Translations under genes and position numbers: made by a program
Assembly (NCBI GenBank): GCA_964645485.1
Contig: CAZXZO010000024.1
Span: 1 to 24,159 of the forward strand
DNA: 24,159 nucleotides
Origin: an uncultured Candidatus Poseidoniales archaeon
GTDB lineage: Archaea > Thermoplasmatota > Poseidoniia > Poseidoniales > Thalassarchaeaceae
Reading direction: 5' to 3'
In this document: piece by piece, positions 1 through 7,200 of the stretch
Layout: every line of letters begins with the position of its first letter
Numbering within the stretch: position 1 is the stretch's first letter
The notes under the pieces: model-generated
Told to the model about the DNA's origin: nothing
The model's database searches: none
The model's input: the letters and a program-made list of their open reading frames with translations, nothing else

Positions 1-3000
1 GAGAGTTATGTTTGGGTTATTGATAGCAGATTCACTATGATGCCAGAAGATTTCAGTTTGGAAGTAGGTCTTGAGAGATTTTGGTTTGATATTAGTGGGG
101 CGACACTATCCTTCCTTTCAGCATTGATTGGAATCGTTACCGGTCCTATTGATGAAACAGGAATCTCAATCGCATCGGTTGCCGCTCCCTATGCAATTCA
201 TGTTGACAATGTTGGGCAGACAGATTGTCCAGATGATTATGATGCCGCAACGATGCACTCTGCTGAATCAGACGTACATCGTTGTACCGTAGGTGTTGGA
301 TTTGGTTATGTTCACTTTGACGCACCGGCGAATGCAGGAGACAAAGAAATAAGTGAATTTGCTTACATTGACATTGGAATTCACCCGATTGAAACGAATG
401 TGATTTTACCTTCTGTAATTGATTTGGTTTTGAGAAACGACGATGTTCTCACTACTTCGTTTGGAATGACGGGAGAAGGTGGTTTAGACACAGTCGAGTA
501 CTTCGCTGATGAGAGAGCAGACCTTCATTTGCACTTCCACGAGAATCGTTCAAATATGGTCTCAGGGCCAGGTGAACCTTATGGAAATATCACAGATTCT
601 CTTGGTTGGTTGAGAGCGATGCCATCCGGACAATTGCCTTCTGATGAGGTTTCACGGATATTCCGAATGCTTGGAAGTGAATCCGCCCCAGAATTACCCG
701 GTCAAATGCCAGAAAGGGTTTCAATGATACTCGCTATCAAGAATTTCAGCAAAGATACAACTCCAAATAATGCTGACTCCACTTTACCAGTTGACCCAAC
801 TGACCCACCAAATACGTTGGTTGTCTTATTTGCAACTCAGTCAGTTGCTGAAATTGATTATTATTCTTGGTTCCAACGTGAGGGCGCAATTGATGACCAC
901 CGGCGTTTACGTATACATGCAACTGATTTACCAACAGGATTAGTTTTGCAAGGAAGTTTCCAACTAGGTAGTGGTGAGGCTGCGGAAGCGGCAATCGGCA
1001 ATGCCCAATCTGACCCAATCTCAGCACTGTTAGACGCAACAATTCTCAATATTGTTGATGTATTTATTGACATAGGGAACATCGTGAACAGTATCCCCGA
1101 AGCAATAGTAAATATTGTCGGAGGGGATGGAGATGGCACCGGAACAGGTGGCCAAATCTATCTTGACTTTTACACCTCGATTGCAGCAGACCGTCAATTG
1201 ATGAGCCTTGGAATGGCTCACATAGAATTGGGTTCTAGTGCACAGCCAACTACAGTTGGCCCGCATGTAATTATGGCATCAGACAAAGGGTTGGGTCTGG
1301 TAAATGGCAGGCGAGGAATGGTTGAACCGTTGGTACCAGTCGCTGTGAGTATCCAACTTGATGGACTAAAGTCGATACATATCGTTGATGATGAATTAGC
1401 AGAACAACAACTTGTTTCCTTGAGGTCAGAGGGTGGTGACCCATTACGATTTATCTATATGGAACACGAATCAAATTCTTTAGAGTCTGAAAGTTACCAG
1501 TCAGTCTATGCCTCAAATCAACCAGGCAGTCTTGACCTGTTAGTGAGTGAGGGCAACCTAACGTGGGAAAGTGATAGACGAATTGACGAGATTCTCTACT
1601 CCGGGCGCTCAGGACAGCAAAGGCAAGTAGTACTCATTGAGCAGTTCCCTCAAAATTTCACTATGGGGATGGGTTCTACTGTTGATTGGGTGGGCGATAC
1701 CCCAATTGGTGGAGTAACAATTCAGATGGGTAATGCAACCGATTTGCGAACAATGGATGGCGACCACTTTCAATTCTGGCAAAACATCGATACCAACGAA
1801 GCATCTCTATCAGCACATATTAGCGGGATTTCAGAAATTTCCTATTCTCAACCAGTGTTGGAAGGAAGTTCTGGAAGAGATGGGATGCCAACAGCAAGTA
1901 TTGTTACAGAGGGTGGAACTGATTTGGCAATTATGCTTAGAGATGAAACTGATTGGGATGACCCAACTCTAGGAATTAACGGTGAAATATTACTAAGTCC
2001 TTTGCCGGCAAATTTGGAAATTGCAATACCTCCATCTGATGACGACAATTCAATTCCGATGCCTTCTTTCTCGACTGAGAACGGACTTGGTGGAGTCGGG
2101 TTCTTCCTCGCTGGATTTTCAGATGTTGGGATTGGTGTCAATGATATTCTCAGTGGCTTTGCAACAAGCCTCACAGGCAATGGTTCAGGTAGCGAAGATT
2201 TCTCTGTAGGAATTAATCTTGAAACCGATGCACCATTTGATTTAATCATGGATATTCGCCAAGGAAGTATGCCATTAGAACAACCTGAATGGGTACATGG
2301 CATGGCGATGAGAGCAGGGCAGTATGAGAATAGCACAGCATTCCATTTGCTCTCTTGGTTACCAGACCTTCCTCCTCAAACCAATATATTCGTGGAATAC
2401 ACTAACATGAGTGTTCGGGACAAATATCATGTTGATATTGACCTTTCAGGATGGACCCCAATTCGCGAAGAATTCATCATTGACGTGCAAGGTTTTGAGG
2501 GTCAAGATTTCGCACTCACAATGTTTGGTTTTGAGATTGGACAACAAACCAGCCTTCAAGTGGAGATGGATTTGGAACGCATTAATGATTTAGCAATCCC
2601 AGAAATTCAGTTGACATCTCGTTATGAAATGTCACATACACTAGACTTTGTTCATGCAATGTTGCTCGACAGACAAGGGGCTACAAGGTCTGAGGTATTA
2701 CTCAACGATATTCCTCGCTCTGTTGACTTTAACGCTGCACTCGGTCAAAGAGTTCATCTTTCAATGACGGTGCCCGAAGAAGAACAAATCAACAAACGAA
2801 GTGTGGAATCAATTATGATGCAGCAACAAATTTACTCAGAAGGAAAATGGTGGCCACTTACTGTGTTTATCAATGAGGTTCCAGGCACAATGACTCTTGA
2901 TGTAAGGCCTTCTTTCAATTTTGATATTACTCAAGATACAAGTTTCCAAGGCATGCCTACTCTTGATTATACATCCTCAGGCAAGGGTATGGATTTGTTT

Positions 3001-3537
3001 ATGACAGCGGCTGGTAGAGCCATCAATAGTAGAGGAGATATGTTGATGCTAGCTGAAAATATGGCTAGCCATGTATCAATAGCGCCGACAGAAACTTTTG
3101 GCTTATCAGTATCATCATCTGAGGGTGGTATCGGCAGAATCTATGTCAAACAAAGAAATGTTCCTGCTTCACCCGGAATTACCGTTCAACAGGTCGAAGC
3201 AATCGGTGAAAACTTGCAGAGTGCTACGGTTGAAGCATATTGGATTGGAGATACCTATCCTATCGTGAAAGTAAGCGATGTCAGAGGTGGAAGGATAGCC
3301 GCTACCGCAAGAGTGCAAGCAGATTTAGGTGGGCAAACCTTTGATGCTAGAGCAGTTCTCATTGATGCTCAAACCACCAGTTTCATCCCTTCTGCCTCAA
3401 CGATGAATGTTAACGGTCTAACTAGTGATTTATCCCTACTAAATGCAGTTCCCGGATTTGACAGTTCATCAACACATTGGCTCTTCCCAGAGCCACTTTC
3501 AACAGCCGCGGCTACTTTGCTGTTTACAATTTTCTGA
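1..3537 (+). CDS. Large acidic, beta-rich, probably cell-surface protein of unknown function; 5'-truncated (>1178 aa)
   Basis: Frame 1 is open from base 1 (ESYVWVIDSRFT-MMPEDF), so ATG37 is not the true start. The protein is D/E/G/S-rich with alternating-hydrophobic beta segments, degenerate internal repeats and a hydrophobic C-terminus (FPEPLSTAAATLLFTIF). No family was recognised. Confidence 0.85.
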   Translation, partial: ESYVWVIDSRFTMMPEDFSLEVGLERFWFDISGATLSFLSALIGIVTGPIDETGISIASVAAPYAIHVDNVGQTDCPDDYDAATMHSAESDVHRCTVGVGFGYVHFDAPANAGDKEISEFAYIDIGIHPIETNVILPSVIDLVLRNDDVLTTSFGMTGEGGLDTVEYFADERADLHLHFHENRSNMVSGPGEPYGNITDSLGWLRAMPSGQLPSDEVSRIFRMLGSESAPELPGQMPERVSMILAIKNFSKDTTPNNADSTLPVDPTDPPNTLVVLFATQSVAEIDYYSWFQREGAIDDHRRLRIHATDLPTGLVLQGSFQLGSGEAAEAAIGNAQSDPISALLDATILNIVDVFIDIGNIVNSIPEAIVNIVGGDGDGTGTGGQIYLDFYTSIAADRQLMSLGMAHIELGSSAQPTTVGPHVIMASDKGLGLVNGRRGMVEPLVPVAVSIQLDGLKSIHIVDDELAEQQLVSLRSEGGDPLRFIYMEHESNSLESESYQSVYASNQPGSLDLLVSEGNLTWESDRRIDEILYSGRSGQQRQVVLIEQFPQNFTMGMGSTVDWVGDTPIGGVTIQMGNATDLRTMDGDHFQFWQNIDTNEASLSAHISGISEISYSQPVLEGSSGRDGMPTASIVTEGGTDLAIMLRDETDWDDPTLGINGEILLSPLPANLEIAIPPSDDDNSIPMPSFSTENGLGGVGFFLAGFSDVGIGVNDILSGFATSLTGNGSGSEDFSVGINLETDAPFDLIMDIRQGSMPLEQPEWVHGMAMRAGQYENSTAFHLLSWLPDLPPQTNIFVEYTNMSVRDKYHVDIDLSGWTPIREEFIIDVQGFEGQDFALTMFGFEIGQQTSLQVEMDLERINDLAIPEIQLTSRYEMSHTLDFVHAMLLDRQGATRSEVLLNDIPRSVDFNAALGQRVHLSMTVPEEEQINKRSVESIMMQQQIYSEGKWWPLTVFINEVPGTMTLDVRPSFNFDITQDTSFQGMPTLDYTSSGKGMDLFMTAAGRAINSRGDMLMLAENMASHVSIAPTETFGLSVSSSEGGIGRIYVKQRNVPASPGITVQQVEAIGENLQSATVEAYWIGDTYPIVKVSDVRGGRIAATARVQADLGGQTFDARAVLIDAQTTSFIPSASTMNVNGLTSDLSLLNAVPGFDSSSTHWLFPEPLSTAAATLLFTIF

Positions 3538-3547
3538 GGTGCAAAAT

Positions 3548-4201
3548 ATGGCTAAAAATCAACCAGAAGGCGCCTTCAATTTAGTTGGCGATTCCAAGAA
3601 TCCCAGTCTTGAAGAGGTTGAGATTGATGATGGTGAAGAATTTGTAGAGGTGGGTGGAAAAACCTTCTCAAAAGATGAGGTTGAATTGGCCCATGAAGCA
3701 CTAGAAAAAGTGCGGGAAGTTGGGGAGAGGGTTAGCCGAGTAATCACTCCACTGAATGTGGTGCTAGCATCTATTTTTATGGCATTTTTAATTTTCACTT
3801 CATTCGCAGTTGTGTTCTGGGTTGTACCCCGTGATGCAGTCTCGGTTGATTCTGTTTACATGCAAAGCGGGCCAGGTCATGTGGTGATGGTTGAGTTGCA
3901 CAATTATGGCACACAATCAATTACAGATGTGACTCTCATTGTTACATTTACTGATGATGATGGTGAAGTCTTGAACTCAACTAGATTTTACCGCTCGGAA
4001 ATTGCAGCCCATACCTCAATTGCTGGTGATGACCTTGAGTTGGTGATTGGCGGAGCCACTGTATGGGCAAATTATCAAATTATAATTGAATTAGAGTATT
4101 CCTACTATGGTGGTGAGGATTTGACTGAATCTTGGAACCATCAAGTTGGTGATTGGAGTAGTGAACATTTCACTGATAAAACCGAGCGCCATTGGTTCTG
4201 A
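3548..4201 (+). CDS. Type II single-pass membrane protein with a C-terminal Ig-like (CARDB/FxLYD-like) domain, 217 aa
   Basis: ATG3548 follows GAGGTG (3536-3541), which overlaps the upstream stop, so it is preferred over the track start at 3443. It has an acidic N-terminus, a TM segment (LNVVLASIFMAFLIFTSFAVVFWVV), then VELHNYGTQSITDVTLIVTFTDDDGEVL, the N-x-G ... V-x-F-x-D-x-x-G pattern of Ig-like FxLYD/CARDB domains. The domain name is an inference. Confidence 0.8.
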   Translation: MAKNQPEGAFNLVGDSKNPSLEEVEIDDGEEFVEVGGKTFSKDEVELAHEALEKVREVGERVSRVITPLNVVLASIFMAFLIFTSFAVVFWVVPRDAVSVDSVYMQSGPGHVVMVELHNYGTQSITDVTLIVTFTDDDGEVLNSTRFYRSEIAAHTSIAGDDLELVIGGATVWANYQIIIELEYSYYGGEDLTESWNHQVGDWSSEHFTDKTERHWF

Positions 4202-4242
4202 GGAAAGAACAAACCACTAAACCCTAACTGATATAGAGGCTC

Positions 4243-4270
4243 GGTTGTCCCCTCTAAAGGAGGGGACACC
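4243..4270 (+). promoter_or_regulatory. Inverted repeat / SD-sequestering hairpin immediately upstream of the S8 protease start
   Basis: TGTCCCCTC (4246-4254) and GAGGGGACA (4260-4268) are perfect reverse complements around a TAAAG loop. The stem extends by GG/CC across a 1-nt bulge. The right arm contains the SD, and ATG4271 follows directly. Confidence 0.6.
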
Positions 4271-7200
4271 ATGTCAAACCGCTATTCTGCATTATTTATG
4301 TTGATAATGTTGCTACTGATGCCAATGGGCTCACTTCTGCCTGATAAGGCAGAATCAGATGATTTCAGCGGCAATGAATTGCGTTCAATCGAATATATTT
4401 TGATTGAACCAGACCCAAACAGCATTCGTGGATTGAACAATTCTATTTTGTCGGAGGGAACCGAACAAATCCGTTCAACCGAAGCCTCAACAAGAATTGG
4501 AATCTATGATTCAGATGGATTGAGGTTGAATAAAATCATCCCGCCTTCGTTGGCAGTTTCTAGATTCGATATTGCTATGGTTTTAGTTGATGGAGAGGTT
4601 GGATTATGGGAGGCCCAAGAAGAAATTACATCAATCAAAGGCGTGGAAATCAGAGCCTATATTCCGCCCTCTGGTTTCTTTGTCCAAGGAGATGCAACAT
4701 CTCTTCAAGCAGTAAAATCTCTACCCTCAGTCATAGCAATTCACCCGGTTCCCCTAGCAATGTTCGTTTCGGACGAATTGCTTGAGAATCAAATTAGTGA
4801 AAGTTCATTCATCAGGATTGAAGGATGGCGCTCAAACATCGATAGTTCACTTACTGATGGAGTCAATATCGCAGGATTGGCATGGAGTGTTAGCGAAGTT
4901 GCACAGTCAGAAATGATAGTTGATTCTACTCTTGATGTTGGTCGCTACGAAGGCTGGGTGAAAGTAGATGACATCCCTGTCATCGCGGCAAATCCAGCAA
5001 TTTCATGGCTCAGAATCCCTCCAGTTTTTGAAATACATAATTCCGAAGCAAAGGGTCACATGAAGGTGTCATCTATCGTTTCGGCATTTGGCACTACTCT
5101 CAATGGTAGCGGGCAAATAATTGCTGTTGCAGATTCTGGTCTTGACCAAGACCATGGAGACATGAACGGTAGGATTAACGCCGTGGTGTCTGTAGTGAGT
5201 GGGGATTCGTCAACCGAAGATACACACTCTGGCCACGGTACTCATGTTTCGTGTACAGTTCTTGGTGATGGAAACAGGGGTGGGTATTCCGGAGTTGCTC
5301 CAGAGGCTAACTTGTATTTCCAAGCCATGGAAAGAGATAGTGATGGGCAATTCTACTCTCCAAGTATGAACTACTTACTCAATGCCGCATACAATAGTGG
5401 TGCAAATATACACACTAATTCTTGGGGTTCCCAAACGAATTTTGGAAAATATACAACTGATAGTGCAGATGTCGATGATAGAACTAATCATTACGACCAA
5501 TATTGGTCCTATGATGGCATGGTGGCACTATTTTCAGCAGGTAATGATGGGAGCGGGGCTGGCACAATAACTCCGCCAGCGACAGCAAAAAATCAGATTG
5601 CAGTCGGTAACCACCACAATCGAGGTGGCGGGGCTCCTGATACTCTAGCAAGTAGTAGCAGCCGTGGCCCAACTGAAGATGGCCGCATTAAACCAGATGT
5701 ATCTGCACCGGGTGCATGGGTGCGGTCATGCCGCTCTCAAGATGCAACTGACACCGGTGGGGCAAGTTGGTCAAGTCAATGGTATCTAGAATATTCTGGG
5801 ACATCGATGGCTGCTCCAAATGCCGCGGGAGCATCAGCACTTATTCGCGAATATCTGATGGAAGTAGCACACCGGCCTGAACCTCAAGGCGCTTTGGTGA
5901 AGTCATTACTGATTCTTGGCGCCGAAGATATGGGCACCCGTAATATTCCGAACAATGACGAAGGTTGGGGCAGAGTAAACTTGCAACGCTCATTAGCAGC
6001 AATTGGTGATACTGGGGTTTGGGTAGATGACCGCAATTACTTACGTAGCGGTAACAATCGTGATTACTCATTCAATCTAACACATGGTTGGCAACAACTG
6101 AAAATTGTTCTTTCATGGTCTGATTACCGCGGTAGCACTTGGGCCACAGACCAATTACAAAATGACTTAGATTTGTTAGTAACTGCGCCCGATGGTACAA
6201 CTACATATTTGGGTAATGTCTTTGAAAACGGGCGCTCAGTTTCAGGTGGAACAGCTGATGATGTCAACAATGTTGAGGTAGTTCTGATTGATCAAGCCCA
6301 GAAGGGAATTTGGACAGTGAGGGTGTCGGATGTACGCCATGGTGGGCAAAAATCTGAGCAGACATATGCGCTGGCTATTCGTGGTGCTGGCGTTGATGAT
6401 TTGTCTCCTGATGCCGCATTTGTGCCACAGTCGTTTTCACTCTCAGACCCAATACCACAAGTGAATGAACAAGTTACTTTTACAGCACAAGTTTCCAATA
6501 TGGGAAGCCGGGTAATGGATGACTTACAGGTCCGTGCAAGTGCTGGGGGTCAGGTACTAAACACCCAAACTATCAGCCTTGGTCCCGGTGAAGTAAAGGG
6601 ATTGAATTGGCAATGGACTCCAGTTTCAAATGGTGACAATGACATCATCATTGAGGTAGACCCAACGGATGCTTTTGATGAGTTGGATGAGGCGAACAAT
6701 ATCCTACTTGTGACCGTAGGTGTTACTGAGCCAGGGGTTCGCGTAACTACTCAAAGCGTGATTGAAAGAGTCAGGGATTCGACTAGTAATACCGCGCAAT
6801 GGAATCTCACAATCAAAAACACCGCATTAATACCGACAAATGCGACTATTTCCGTCGAGAAGCCAATTCGTCAAAGTGATGGCCAACAATTCAACGATTG
6901 GTTCCAATCATTTTCTCAGACAACATTTGCTCTCAACGGTTCACAAGCAGTGGATGTTGGGTTGACTATGGTGCATCCTTCTCCACCTGAACCGGGAATT
7001 TATCAATTTACGGTGACCGGAAGGGATGTTGACAACAATATAGATTATCCAATAACCTTGACTTTGGATGTTCCTGTTCTACCTGGATTCAGATTTGATA
7101 ATCTGAATCAAATTTCTGTGTCCCCAGTTGAAAACACTTCATTTGATGTGACTATGTATAACGAAGGCAATGGCCCACAGGGTTGGGATTTGACTCTTGA

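Noticed and set aside
37-39. ATG37 as the start of the large protein
   Set aside because: The frame is open to base 1 and no SD or signal peptide is present at ATG37, so the gene begins upstream of the window.
3443-3547. 35-codon N-terminal extension of the second ORF, overlapping gene 1
   Set aside because: It overlaps the coding 3' end of gene 1 in another frame, and ATG3548 has a properly spaced GAGGTG SD.
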